A stretch of DNA of 64,000 nt from Candidatus Avispirillum sp. (GCA_045631345.1 JAZQUP010000021.1:39207-103206); one strand, 5' to 3'. Shown: positions 20,501-29,510, counted from the stretch's first letter. Numbers and translations: made by a program. The notes: generated by a model not told the origin, from the sequence alone.

Positions 20501-22537
20501 AGAACAGTACATTCAATCCCTGCAACAGGTCATAATTATAGAAAGTTCATAACACAGCCTACTTGTACCAGTCAGGGTTATACCACGTATACATGTTTCG
20601 AGTGTGGTGACACATGGAATGATAACTACAAGGATCCCGTTGATCACTCTTATAATATTTCAATAGCGCTGCCTACATGTACAGAGCGCGGATACTCCAT
20701 ATTTACTTGCAGAGTCTGCGGATATGAAGAAATTGGTGATTATACAGAGCCTACCGGCCATAATTATCAGTCTGAGGTGGTTCCCGGAACAGACATTACA
20801 TGCTATATATGTACAAAGTGTGGTGACACATACGAAGAGGACTGCTATCACAATTATCACGGAGTAGTAACACGTCCCAATTGTTATGATGGTGGATATA
20901 CCACATATACATGTGAATGGTGCGGACACTCTTATATTGATGATTATACAGATAAGCTTTCCCACGATTACAACGAGTATATAATTCCTGCTACTTGTGA
21001 AGCTCGCGGATATACATTGTATATCTGTAAGTATTGTGATTACAAATATCAGGACAATTATGTGTCCAGTGGAGCTCACGAGTACACCGAAGTTGTAGTA
21101 GCTTCCACTTGTACACAGAAGGGATATACAATTTACAGCTGTATGAATTGTGACTACAGCTATCAGGGAAACTATACTAACATTGCCTCCCACGAGTACA
21201 ACGAATATGTTGTAGCTTCCACCTGTACAGCAAAGGGATATACAATTTACAGCTGTAGGAATTGTGACTACAGTTATCAGAGCAACTATACAAACCTTGC
21301 ATCCCATGATTATAACGAAGTTGTAGTAGCTCCCACTTGTACAGCAGATGGATATACAATTTATAGCTGCAAGAATTGCAATAACTCATATGTCGGTAGT
21401 TATTCACGTCCCACAGGACATAATGACATAGGAGTTGATTATGAAAATGTAATAGAACCTACCTGCACAACATCAGGTCAGCGTGACGAGGTTAGCTACT
21501 GTACTCTTTGTTCCGAAGAGATTTCAAGAAATATCGTTATTCTTCCTGCAACAGGACATGGTGGCATAAGAGTTGCTTATGAAAATGTAATAGATCCCAC
21601 CTGCACAACATCAGGTCAGTATGACGAGGTTAGCTACTGTACTATCTGTGACGGTGAGATTTCAAGAGCTTTGATATTAACATCTATGGGTAATCACAGC
21701 TATGAAACAGAGACTAAAGCTCCCACTTGTGTTGAGGATGGATATAATCTTTACACCTGTATGTATTGTGGAGATCAGTATGCTGATACATTGTTTGCAA
21801 AAGGACACAGCTATGTGGTCACTGAGATAACAGGCAGCGGTTTTGAGTGCGGAAGTGTTGGATCAAAAACATATGAGTGTCAGATTTGCGGCGATACCTA
21901 TATTGAATATGGTGATCCTGTAGAGCATAGTTATAAAGTGTTTATGACTAAAGCTCCCACTTGCACAGAGGAAGGATATACAGTCTACAGATGCAAAGGC
22001 TGCAATGAATATATCACAAGTGACTATGTTCAGCCTTTGGGACATACAGAAGGTGATTGGGTAATCGTTGCAAATCCCACAGTTGATGTTCCCGGTCTCA
22101 GAGAGAAGCATTGTCTTGTTTGTGATGAGCTTCTTGACACAGAGCATATTTTCATAGAAGCAGAGGATCCTTATGGATATGATCCCTATGGTGAAAACCG
22201 TGTTCTCGTTATTCCCGAAATAATAACTCCCGATGAAATTGCAGAGCATTACAGAAGCCTTGGCGTAGATTTCTCTTTTGAGAGCTCTATGCCCCAGTAT
22301 ATCGGAACAGGCTTGAGCGTTTATCTCAACGGAGAAAAATATGTGATCTCTGTTAAGTGCGATGTTGACGGAAACGGCAAGATCAATGCGCTTGATATGA
22401 TTAGCTTCAAAACTATTCTGAAGCTGAACAGCGATATTGATGAAGCAGTTAAAAATGCTATTGATATGAATGGTGATGGCAAGATCAATGCAATTGATTT
22501 AGGCTTGTTTAAGCGTAAAATGCTTTTTGGTGAATAA
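14516..22537 (+). CDS. Giant secreted protein: 2x[BspA-type LRR + Ig-like + PPC-like domain], about 40 CxxC/His repeats, C-terminal dockerin
   Basis: Signal peptide; IPxxVxxIGxxAFxxCxxL repeats; YxVGEEF..GL..FDS..G Ig-like units; PTC..G..C..C..GH repeats; DVDGNGKINALD / DMNGDGKINAID dockerin loops. Confidence 0.88.
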   Translation: MTHSTKKRFISLFICLTVVLSMFAPIVSYADIVTWEPEPFGYEVYGDTCTITNYNGNDSVVNIPSEIDGYIVTEIGYGAFASIGNINEVYLPETVTVIGEAAFLNCRDLVYINIPDSVHTIGERAFSNCESLLSIDLPSMLSSIERQAFYNCRLITSIEIPENVMRIGDEAFAYCESLEYVTFPEMLCEIGSAAFECCTLLREAVIPDNVYSIGDRAFNCCNSLSYVKLPWNITSVLCDTFGYCFSLFSIEIPENVSYIENGAFCSDLREITIYSSHPSIDYDAINRDTTILAYANSTAHVYAIDNGNYFVSLGERVHVNDIEVIVPQTTYVVGEEFNKSGLSMNLCFDDGITIYVPEEYIEVLYFDSTTPGVQSVTLKYLDYYKDITVEVIDGSGAPNPIEHTIGVGENTEFYIGPDVDVTVRFMAPENGEYAFVSTSDMDTKCYLYDAFGTQLEYNDDGGEGYNFRLVYSMTEGEEYYFKPSFYDESHAGYIPVYLVQISSGNSSSCNHENDENFDILEVEREPTCSQEGWYYWTCSKCDAYYSQIIPTNENHANLWDEWLKAPSDYEDGIIRWTCYDCGYFYDEIVPALIGESPYEYYIDGGNCIITGYTGHESMVSVPYEIKGYPVTEIGEYAFAYNSDVIQIYLPETVVKIGEGAFRECYMLEYVYMPDSVYHIGNIAFFTCPNLKSVEIPEFVTSIGQQTFLECTSLETVNMGCGVERIESEAFSGCSSLRNVTFSENLMYIDDAAFMYCSSLEEVDIPDSVSYIGYGAFEYCTELRYVELPWNLESIGTGTFMGCLSLSYIDIPESVAFIEYEAFDSSLTTMVVRGMNTMIYQYIDPITTISAYIGSEAHHYAFSNGNHFISLGEFYPVTNIEVMSPYKTEYMVGEEFDKEGLEMTLYFDNFVPFHVPVEHIEVLYFDSSSPGYKTVTIRYLDYSKDITVNVIGNSNPEYSIGVGESLSFYIRDTDDIRISFVAPWSGEFIFAATSDLDTQCTLYDAYGNELAYDDDGNGNRDFRLPYIMVEGEVYYFRPHLYGDAAPGEITVHLIEGACVHDYYEEYIVEPTCTENGIIRWTCYKCGDSYEDVTAPVDHQFYEEFVSAPSCTEDRIARYACYNCDYYYDVIVEYGDGHAYDERYVVIEPTCTEDGIIRYTCHRCGDYYEEIKPSRGHNYYAEAVAPTCEMSGFTRYNCEYCGHYYEDNFVEPMGHNYVVMDSMHPGCETNGYINYVCEYCGISYGEQIPPTGHNMVSEFFPASPECPQDSYLHRCTVCDYFYIEYVGIPEHPHNYVETEIIEPTCTIEGSRTYTCDFCGDSYTEVIYPLGHVEGPVVGENSMGATCESEGHFDEVIYCTVCGEELWRHTQIIPPLSHYYITEIFEPTCYDSGYIAYTCMYCGDYYEEFIPTYDHLYVMTDSYDPTCTKDGYMYHVCERCGDTYIETFDAYGHDYWDEYVEEPTCEEDGIIRWTCDYCGDFYDEIEQAYGHDYLDEYVSEPTCTEDGIIRWTCDYCGDFYDEIEEAYGHDYDSEYIIEPSCERDGLIRYTCCECGHYYEETEAAYGHDYWDEYVSEPTCTEDGIIRWTCDYCGDFYEETEEALGHDYWDEYVSEPTCTEDGIIRWTCDYCGDFYEETEAAYGHDYWDECIQVPNCQQDGIMRYTCTNCGDWYDEPIYSYGHRYIPYETIPPTCTVSGFESLICVDCGDMYSYNVPELGHIYNSVTVAPTCDSQGYTRYLCEMCGDSYEENFVDPIGHNFEARKYVAPGCEMDGYGWYICLNCDYYYDETIPAIGHNYELTDIVESTCEIVGYFQYECQNCGDSYKEDRPFYGHNYTNTFYAPTCTEDGYWQNDCRYCGYSYIESIVPATGHIPGDVVTENRIEPSCKYDGSCEEVVYCNACNNEVSRTWFNIPAYGHTPGDVVTENRINPSCEYDGSYEEVVYCNACNNEVSRTWFSIPAYGHTPGEAVTENRINPSCEHDGSYEEVIYCTVCNCEISRTVHSIPATGHNYRKFITQPTCTSQGYTTYTCFECGDTWNDNYKDPVDHSYNISIALPTCTERGYSIFTCRVCGYEEIGDYTEPTGHNYQSEVVPGTDITCYICTKCGDTYEEDCYHNYHGVVTRPNCYDGGYTTYTCEWCGHSYIDDYTDKLSHDYNEYIIPATCEARGYTLYICKYCDYKYQDNYVSSGAHEYTEVVVASTCTQKGYTIYSCMNCDYSYQGNYTNIASHEYNEYVVASTCTAKGYTIYSCRNCDYSYQSNYTNLASHDYNEVVVAPTCTADGYTIYSCKNCNNSYVGSYSRPTGHNDIGVDYENVIEPTCTTSGQRDEVSYCTLCSEEISRNIVILPATGHGGIRVAYENVIDPTCTTSGQYDEVSYCTICDGEISRALILTSMGNHSYETETKAPTCVEDGYNLYTCMYCGDQYADTLFAKGHSYVVTEITGSGFECGSVGSKTYECQICGDTYIEYGDPVEHSYKVFMTKAPTCTEEGYTVYRCKGCNEYITSDYVQPLGHTEGDWVIVANPTVDVPGLREKHCLVCDELLDTEHIFIEAEDPYGYDPYGENRVLVIPEIITPDEIAEHYRSLGVDFSFESSMPQYIGTGLSVYLNGEKYVISVKCDVDGNGKINALDMISFKTILKLNSDIDEAVKNAIDMNGDGKINAIDLGLFKRKMLFGE
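18860..19510 (+). repeat. Near-identical 114-bp coding tandem repeats
   Basis: GACGAATATGTTTC..GAGCC units recur at about 18989, 19217, 19331 (114-bp period). Confidence 0.85.
20110..20530 (+). repeat. Three 138-bp coding tandem repeats
   Basis: CCCGGAGAxGxTGTTACAGAAAACAGAAT at about 20123, 20261, 20399. Confidence 0.85.
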
Positions 22538-22548
22538 AATCTAAGCAA

Positions 22549-22596
22549 AAGAGAAGCTTGCGGCTCATTTTAAATGAGAAGCCGCAAGCTTTTCTT
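22549..22596 (+). terminator. Hairpin after giant gene
   Basis: AAGCTTGCGGCT..AGCCGCAAGCTT inverted repeat. Confidence 0.65.
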
Positions 22597-22622
22597 GTAA
22601 ATAAAGGATTGTTTTACGAAAT

Positions 22623-22652
22623 AAAAAAGAGATGCGAGGCATCTCTTTTTTT
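22623..22652. terminator. Bidirectional terminator; palindrome family member
   Basis: AAAAAAGAGATGC-GAG-GCATCTCTTTTTT between convergent genes. Confidence 0.8.
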
Positions 22653-22657
22653 GGTTA

Positions 22658-23560
22658 TCAAATCTTTTCTGTTTTAAGCACGTTCCAGGCGGCATCAAAA
22701 ATGGAGTCACGGTCAAGGTCTGTAACCATGATCATTTCAGGTCTGCTGTCGTCAAAGGCATAGCCTCTTTCTTCTGTGAGAATAGGACGGGGCATAAATT
22801 CATATGTTACCGCTTCGGGAGTTTCAAAAATCGCAGGAGCGCCCAGGTCCCAGATAGTTCTTGCCCATGTGGGAGGACAACCTGCTATCTTATATGCGTT
22901 ATATGAAATATCATAGAGATAGTCGCAAACAGGGTTTGCGCCCTTGAGCTGAGCTACGCAGTCAATAGGAGAGCGAAGCTTCTGAGTAACATTTACATCG
23001 GGCACTATAATAAGTGGAACTCCACTTTCAAAGAGCAGCTGCGCCGCCTTATAGTCCTGCTCAACATTGTATTCAACAGGGCAACCGATGAAAAGAGGAC
23101 GGCAGCCAACAAACACAACGCATATTTTATCCTTAATATCGGGAGCTTTAAGAATTGCAGATGTAACATTTGTTAAGGCACCGATTGCGGCAACGTAAAC
23201 TATCTCGTCGCTCTCTCTTGCAATACGGATAATGGCATCTGCAGCTTCGCTGTCAACAGCGCCTCCTATTTCGTCAATGGTGTTTACGCTGCCTCTGTAT
23301 GTTTCTGTTTTATAATGAGGGTTAGCCAGAGAAAGCACCTTTACTATTTCGTCATAGCTGCGCTTCATTCCAAGCTCTTTGGAATTGCATCTGTCGTGCA
23401 TATAATGCTCAGCGCAAACAGCTATGAGATCAACTTTTTTTGAATAGTAAAAGCAGGCTATGGTAAACTGGTCGTCTATTTCGTTATAAGCGTCTGTGTC
23501 AAGAATAAGCTTCTTCTTTCTGTCACTTTTAATATCATCAAAAATTTCATGCATTGTCAT
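22658..23560 (-). CDS. Nucleoside hydrolase family protein
   Basis: DTDAYNEIDDQF, IGALTN, EYNV, IWD; RBS GAGGTG before ATG 23560. Confidence 0.85.
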   Translation of the reverse strand: MTMHEIFDDIKSDRKKKLILDTDAYNEIDDQFTIACFYYSKKVDLIAVCAEHYMHDRCNSKELGMKRSYDEIVKVLSLANPHYKTETYRGSVNTIDEIGGAVDSEAADAIIRIARESDEIVYVAAIGALTNVTSAILKAPDIKDKICVVFVGCRPLFIGCPVEYNVEQDYKAAQLLFESGVPLIIVPDVNVTQKLRSPIDCVAQLKGANPVCDYLYDISYNAYKIAGCPPTWARTIWDLGAPAIFETPEAVTYEFMPRPILTEERGYAFDDSRPEMIMVTDLDRDSIFDAAWNVLKTEKI

Positions 23561-23649
23561 ATGATAACACCTCACATAGCATTTTTATAATTATAACTTA
23601 TGGGAAATGGGTTGTCAAATCTAAAGAGCTTTTATATAAAAAACATGGT

Positions 23650-25461
23650 TCATTTCACCATTGTCCAAATGATCATATCAGAGTCCTCTCTGTTTGCAAA
23701 GGCAAAATAGGGGATAAGCTTTGCTGTAAAGCTTTCTCTTTCATTATTTTTTGGCTGATAAAGTTTAGCGCTCTTTTTGCGGCGGCAAGCATCCATATAA
23801 ATGACAGGAGCAGGGAAATCCTTTTCTGTTTCAACTCGGATATTTCCATTTTCAATAAGAGCAATATCTCTGAGATTTTCTCCGTTGTCAATTTCCTCAA
23901 GGCAATAAACCAAAGGTCCATAGCACAGGGCATATCGGCCTGAATTATCCTGAGCATATGGGTTAGCCTCAATGAAATGAGGCTTCATAGGTAATGTGAC
24001 AGTAACGCTTTCGCCGTCATTTAATTCAAACTTAGCAAAGCCGTTTTCTGTTTCACCTTCATATTCAATGCACCAATCAGGTATTCTCACATAAAGGATA
24101 GCGCTCTCGCCACGATAGTCAAAGCGTATGGTGCCGTCAGAAGGGTAATCGGTAGTTTGAATAATCAGCGCTTTCTTGCCTCTGATTTCAAGCCTTGCAT
24201 CGCAGCTCATAAACTGATTGCAGTAAATTTTGTTTTCGTCAACAGTGTATGTATAGCGGGCGGAGGAAGCCAACATTCTCACAATATTGGGAGGACAGCA
24301 GGAGCAGAAAAAGGATTTTTGGCGGCGATTATATGTTTGATATGTGCTGTGAGCGTATTTCTTTCTGTCAATTTCAAGGGGATTGGAATAGAAAAACTCC
24401 TCTCCGTTAAGAGAAACTCCTGAAATAAATCCATTATATAAAATGCGCTCTATAATATCGCCATAGCGGGAATCAGCCTCTGTTTCCTGCATCGCTCCTG
24501 CAAACATTGCAAGTGCAATTGCGGCGCAGGTTTCGTTATAAGTGTCACGATTGGGAAGGTTGTATCTGTAAGAAAAGCTTTCTTCAACGTGCTCTGCGCC
24601 AACTCCGCCCGTGATGCTCATTTTATAGTTTACAATATCATCAAAAACACGATGGCAAGCGGAAATAAGCTCTTTATCGTCTGTGATTTTTGCAAGCATT
24701 GCCATAGCGGTGTATAAATATCCAGCTCTGACGCTGTGTCCCACAGCCTCGGTAAATTCTCTCACGGGTATGTGATTCTGATAATATTTATCATCATACC
24801 AAACAGGGCTCTGCCTTGTGTTGTCCCTATCTTTTTCGTTGTTTCCGCGCTGATCAATGAAAAATTCAGCAAGCTTCAGATGCTTTTCGTTGCCAAGATG
24901 ATCATATAGCTTCAGCAATGCAAGTTCAATTTCCTGATGTCCCGGGGTTACAAACGGAGCGGAACCTTCTTCTGCGAATATACGGTATATAAGGTCGGCA
25001 TATTTCAGCATACAGGAAAGAAGAGTGTCTTTGCCTGTTGCTTTGTGATATGCGATAGCCGCCTCTATAAAATGACCTGCGCAGTATAGCTCGTGGTCAG
25101 TTCTGTTTTTGAATATGCTGTCAGGATCAACTGAAAGAAAATATGAATTGAAATAGCCATCCTCTCTTTGATTTTCGGCAATGCAATCAATAATGCAGTC
25201 AATAATATCTTCAAGGTGCTTATCAGGCTGTTTTTCTATAAGATAAGCCGCTCCCTCAAGCCATTTTGCTACATCTGAATCCCAAAAGATATGAGGCTTG
25301 TTTTCGTTTCCCTCTTGCCAATCACAGCGAAGAGCATCAAAACGACCTGTTTCTCTGAACCGCTCGTAAACGTTCCAAACAACAGCGTTTCTGTCCAGTT
25401 CTTCATAGGATTTCCAGAATCCGTTTTTAAGATCTATATTCTCAATTGCAAGGTTTTTCAT
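23650..25461 (-). CDS. GH127 beta-L-arabinofuranosidase-like glycoside hydrolase
   Basis: DSDVAKWLE, HELYCAGH, GHSVRA, YNETCA, CSCCPPN. Confidence 0.92.
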   Translation of the reverse strand: MKNLAIENIDLKNGFWKSYEELDRNAVVWNVYERFRETGRFDALRCDWQEGNENKPHIFWDSDVAKWLEGAAYLIEKQPDKHLEDIIDCIIDCIAENQREDGYFNSYFLSVDPDSIFKNRTDHELYCAGHFIEAAIAYHKATGKDTLLSCMLKYADLIYRIFAEEGSAPFVTPGHQEIELALLKLYDHLGNEKHLKLAEFFIDQRGNNEKDRDNTRQSPVWYDDKYYQNHIPVREFTEAVGHSVRAGYLYTAMAMLAKITDDKELISACHRVFDDIVNYKMSITGGVGAEHVEESFSYRYNLPNRDTYNETCAAIALAMFAGAMQETEADSRYGDIIERILYNGFISGVSLNGEEFFYSNPLEIDRKKYAHSTYQTYNRRQKSFFCSCCPPNIVRMLASSARYTYTVDENKIYCNQFMSCDARLEIRGKKALIIQTTDYPSDGTIRFDYRGESAILYVRIPDWCIEYEGETENGFAKFELNDGESVTVTLPMKPHFIEANPYAQDNSGRYALCYGPLVYCLEEIDNGENLRDIALIENGNIRVETEKDFPAPVIYMDACRRKKSAKLYQPKNNERESFTAKLIPYFAFANREDSDMIIWTMVK

Positions 25462-25615
25462 TTTTTGTCCTCCCCGCTTTAATTCTGGTTAAATCATATC
25501 ATAAAACAGCTATGAAAACAACTGATATAAGGTCTTCTCAGGCTGAAAAGCAAAGGGATTGTAGACTTGGAGAAATTTTTATGTTAAAATAAAGAAAATG
25601 AAAGGGAGGGTTGAT

Positions 25616-27373
25616 ATGCTGAGAATTATTCCTACGCCGTCCAAGCTTGAGCTGAGAGAGGGAGGCTTTTCTCTTTCGGGTGTGTCAATCGTTGCAGAAG
25701 GAAATATTGACCAAAGAGTTTTATCGGCATTGTCAGGTTTAAATATTCCCTTCGGCGAATTTGAAAATGAGTTGCGTATTTCTCACGGTAACTGCGGAGA
25801 GGCATATCAGCTCACAATAGAAAAAAATGCTGTTATCATTGAAGCAGATGGCGCAGCAGGGGCTTTTTATGCGATCCAGTCACTTCGTCAGTTGATCAAA
25901 GAAAACGAGAAAGAGATTCCTTGTTGTTATATTGAGGATGCCCCCGATCTGACTTACAGAGGATTTTATCACGATATATCCCGAGGCAGAGTTCCAACGC
26001 TTAAAAAGCTTAAATCTATTGTAGAAACTCTTGCTTTTTATAAGATCAATTCTCTTCAGCTTTATGTTGAGGATGCGTTTATGTTCAGGGAGCTTCAGGG
26101 CATCGTCACAGCAGAGAATGCTCTCACACCTGATGAGATAACAGAGCTTGACGCGTATTGCATGGAAAGATTTATAGATCTTGTTCCTTCAATGTCAACC
26201 TTTGGACATTTATACACATTGCTTCAGAGTGAAAGATATAATCATATATGCGAGCTGAAGGACTATGAGCCAACAAGAAATTATTGGCTTGAGCGCCAAT
26301 GGCATCACACGGTTGATGCGTATAATCCTGAAACCATTGATGTTATCGGTTCAATGCTTCGTCAGTTTATTCCCTTGTTTTCGTCCAAATATTTCAATAT
26401 CTGCTGTGATGAAACTATGGACCTTTGCAACGGAACCAATCTGGGACGAGACAAGGGCGAGGCGTATTTTTATCATGTGGAAAAGCTGATCGAAATAGTT
26501 AAGTCGTATGGGAAAACGCCTATGATGTGGGGCGACGAATGTATGGCTCGTCCCGATATGGCAAAGGAGCGTCTGCCTGAGGATATTATCGTTCTCAATT
26601 GGTGCTACAGACCTGTTGTTGCCGAGTGGATCCCAAAAATGTTTTGGGAAAGAGGATTTTCGCAGATCTGCTGCACAGGCACAAGCTGCTGGGATAATTT
26701 TATTGAGAATATTTATATTTCAACAGGAAATATTTCAAGCTTTGCCGCTCATGCAAAGAAGTATGGCACAAATGGTGTTCTTAACACGAATTGGGGCGAT
26801 TTTGGTCACGTTTGCCCATTTAACTGTAATTTGTACGGGCTTCTTTTCGGCGCCGAAAAATGCTGGAATGTGAGCTCTGCGACAGATAGTGAATTTGAGG
26901 TGGCGGCAAGCCTGCTGCTCTATGGCATCAGAGAATTTAATATGGCTGAAAGCCTCAGAAATCTTGCCAAAGCAGGAAGCAGCTGCAGCTGGTCGGATTT
27001 TATTATCTGGCATTCTGCAACTCATCTTGAGGAAAAGGAAATGCCTCTTGCCTTTGGCAGAGGCCCTGCGGGAGAATATACTGCAGATGATGTTATATCT
27101 CATATAGAAATTTGCAGGGCTGAGAGAGAAAAGCTTGCGACACTTGGCAGGAATGACAGCATTGTATGTGATCTGATGCTTTCCTGCAAAGCGCTCGAAC
27201 TTATGAACCGACTTGTGCTGTGCATCAATAATGTAGAGGGATATACCGATAAATCTGCTTTGCAGGCAGAATTTGATCTGTGGCTGGAAGATTACAGCGC
27301 CGCATGGCTTCGTGATGATAAGCCTTCAGATCTTTGGAGAATAAAAGAGTTTATTTCTAAAATAACGGAATAG
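25616..27373 (+). CDS. GH20-type beta-N-acetylhexosaminidase-like protein
   Basis: IEDAP..RGFYHDISRGRVP, FGHL, CCDE catalytic pair, TNWGDFGH. Confidence 0.85.
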   Translation: MLRIIPTPSKLELREGGFSLSGVSIVAEGNIDQRVLSALSGLNIPFGEFENELRISHGNCGEAYQLTIEKNAVIIEADGAAGAFYAIQSLRQLIKENEKEIPCCYIEDAPDLTYRGFYHDISRGRVPTLKKLKSIVETLAFYKINSLQLYVEDAFMFRELQGIVTAENALTPDEITELDAYCMERFIDLVPSMSTFGHLYTLLQSERYNHICELKDYEPTRNYWLERQWHHTVDAYNPETIDVIGSMLRQFIPLFSSKYFNICCDETMDLCNGTNLGRDKGEAYFYHVEKLIEIVKSYGKTPMMWGDECMARPDMAKERLPEDIIVLNWCYRPVVAEWIPKMFWERGFSQICCTGTSCWDNFIENIYISTGNISSFAAHAKKYGTNGVLNTNWGDFGHVCPFNCNLYGLLFGAEKCWNVSSATDSEFEVAASLLLYGIREFNMAESLRNLAKAGSSCSWSDFIIWHSATHLEEKEMPLAFGRGPAGEYTADDVISHIEICRAEREKLATLGRNDSIVCDLMLSCKALELMNRLVLCINNVEGYTDKSALQAEFDLWLEDYSAAWLRDDKPSDLWRIKEFISKITE

Positions 27374-27462
27374 AGAATAATAGTCTTCACTTGATTTGTG
27401 AAGATGTGTTTCCGCAGGCAAACAAGTTTTATAGAACCGACTATATTAAGGGGATTAATAAA

Positions 27463-28593
27463 ATGAGTAATTTAGTATCAACAAAGCCGAAGAGAAATAT
27501 GGGCGCAGACATTATCAGGTGTTTTGCATTTTTCGCTGTTGTTGCTGTGCATTTCTTTTGGCATTCAGGATTTTATAGTACTGTTGTTGAAGGTAAGGAA
27601 ATGCTGCTGATGACAATTATGCGCAGCTTTTTTATAATATGTGTGCCGCTGTTTATGATTTTGTCCGGATATTTATCCGGTAAACAAAGCCCTAATTTTG
27701 CTTACTTTAAAAAGATTGGTAAAACCTATATCACTTATATATTTTGTAGCCTATGCTGTGTTGCTTATCGTATATTTTTTTTGGAACAGCAAACTGAAAT
27801 AAAAACTGTTATTTTCAGCATTCTGAATTTTACAGCAGCGCCATATTCGTGGTATGTTGAAATGTATTTGGGACTGTTTTTTCTGATTCCTTTTTTAAAT
27901 ATTTTATATGCTAACATAAATACAAAAAAAGAGAAAAGAACGCTCATTTTTGTTTTGATATTATTAACATGTCTTCCTGCTGTAGTGAATATTTACAGCT
28001 TGTATTCATTTGAGTGGATAAAGCAACCCTCCTTGCTGAGCAGTTATAATGAATTGATTCCTAATTGGTGGGAAGGCTGCTATCCGCTTACATATTATTT
28101 CATTGGTTGTTATATTAAAGAGTACGGACTAAAAATCCCAAAGATATTAAATATAATTTTAATATTCTTGACATTAGGGGTATCTGGCTTATTTGTATAT
28201 TGGCGTTCTTACAAAGCCTATTTTATCTTGGGATCTTGGGCTGAATATAATTCTATTTTTAACGTTATACTGACAACCTTGGTATTCTCATTCTTTATAA
28301 ATATTAATTACGAAAAAACACCTAAATTTGTTACAAAGCTTTTCAAAAACATTTCAGGTCTTTGCTTTGGGGCATATTTGGTTTCATGGATTTTTGATAG
28401 TTATTTTTATGAGATCTTCAATGAAAGAATTCCGGAATTCACAAACAGGCTGGAGTATAGTTGGTTAATTGTTGCAGTAGTATTTATAAGCTCATTGGTT
28501 CTTTCATTTGTGGTAAGCAGAATACAGTATTTACTTGAGTGGATAGTAGGAAAGATTGTCAAGCTTTTTGGTAAAAAGGAAACTGTTCAATAA
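27463..28593 (+). CDS. Acyltransferase family 3 (OafA-like) membrane protein
   Basis: DIIR..A..VVAVH, VPLFMILSGY, WYV.MY; multi-TM; visibly AT-rich. Confidence 0.88.
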   Translation: MSNLVSTKPKRNMGADIIRCFAFFAVVAVHFFWHSGFYSTVVEGKEMLLMTIMRSFFIICVPLFMILSGYLSGKQSPNFAYFKKIGKTYITYIFCSLCCVAYRIFFLEQQTEIKTVIFSILNFTAAPYSWYVEMYLGLFFLIPFLNILYANINTKKEKRTLIFVLILLTCLPAVVNIYSLYSFEWIKQPSLLSSYNELIPNWWEGCYPLTYYFIGCYIKEYGLKIPKILNIILIFLTLGVSGLFVYWRSYKAYFILGSWAEYNSIFNVILTTLVFSFFININYEKTPKFVTKLFKNISGLCFGAYLVSWIFDSYFYEIFNERIPEFTNRLEYSWLIVAVVFISSLVLSFVVSRIQYLLEWIVGKIVKLFGKKETVQ

Positions 28594-28688
28594 GTTGGCG
28601 CTTTACAAAAAATGCAATCGCCAACAATCCTGATTTGATCTGCTTGGCGGTAGATAAAGTGTTATTTATAACATATGGTCATACTTTT

Positions 28689-28721
28689 AAAAAAAGGAGA
28701 TGCTTTGCATCTCCTTTTTTT
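28689..28721. terminator. Bidirectional terminator; palindrome family member
   Basis: AAAAAAAGGAGATGC-TTT-GCATCTCCTTTTTTT. Confidence 0.85.
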
Positions 28722-28757
28722 ATATTAGTGTAAAGTCTGATTAGTAATAATACATAT

Positions 28758-29510
28758 TTATATCAGCTCTTCAAGCCAGACAGACTTTCTGCCTTTTTCT
28801 GTGAGATATTTTATTGTAGATTCAACTATTTTGTCAAAATCGGGAATATAAGCAACAAAATCGGGGTAGTAATACTGCTCGTGGATCATAACCTCGTTGA
28901 ATTTTTTGTGGTCGTCTCTTGCAAGAAGCTCATCCACCATTGAAAGAGGATACAGATTGAGGATTATATCGTTGCAGAAGAGATACATTCCAAGCTCCTC
29001 ATCGTATTCCATGATCATTTTTGAACCATCGAAGTTTCTTCCATAGCACTGAGCTTCCTTGAAAAGGCCAACCATACCCTTAATGCCGCAATCACGGAGG
29101 GCTCGTATTGCCTCATCTGACGCCTGACAATAGTGAACAGTTATAAAATAGCTGAGGCATTCTTCACCTGCAAAGCGGCGGATCTCATTGTGCACCATGG
29201 TGCAATCCCTGTAAACCTCATCATATTCTGAATCCTTATAGGGAAAGGGTGGAGCGTCAGAATAGGAGTGGAAGGAAAAACGAAGCCAATGGGCGTTTTC
29301 CTGCCATTCCTTTTTATATCTGTCGGTCATCATTGAAAGGTCAAATCCATTCATTGCATAAAACAGATTCAGCTGTATTTTTGTTCCGTATTTTTCGTGC
29401 AGGTCCTTATACATTTTTAGATAGGGATGCTCAAAAACAGAGGAATAGTCTCCCTTTGTCAGCTCTTCAAGAAATCTGATATTGTCGTCAACCGAAAATC
29501 TGTAAAACAT
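28758..29510 (-). CDS. Hypothetical protein, possible polysaccharide-deacetylase-like fold
   Basis: FSVDD, FSFHS, MIHEQY pattern reminiscent of NodB-like metal sites. Confidence 0.55.
   Translation of the reverse strand: MFYRFSVDDNIRFLEELTKGDYSSVFEHPYLKMYKDLHEKYGTKIQLNLFYAMNGFDLSMMTDRYKKEWQENAHWLRFSFHSYSDAPPFPYKDSEYDEVYRDCTMVHNEIRRFAGEECLSYFITVHYCQASDEAIRALRDCGIKGMVGLFKEAQCYGRNFDGSKMIMEYDEELGMYLFCNDIILNLYPLSMVDELLARDDHKKFNEVMIHEQYYYPDFVAYIPDFDKIVESTIKYLTEKGRKSVWLEELI

Noticed and set aside
17680-22150. Multiheme cytochrome c
   Set aside because: Motifs are CxxCG/CxxCD with a distant His; no CxxCH seen
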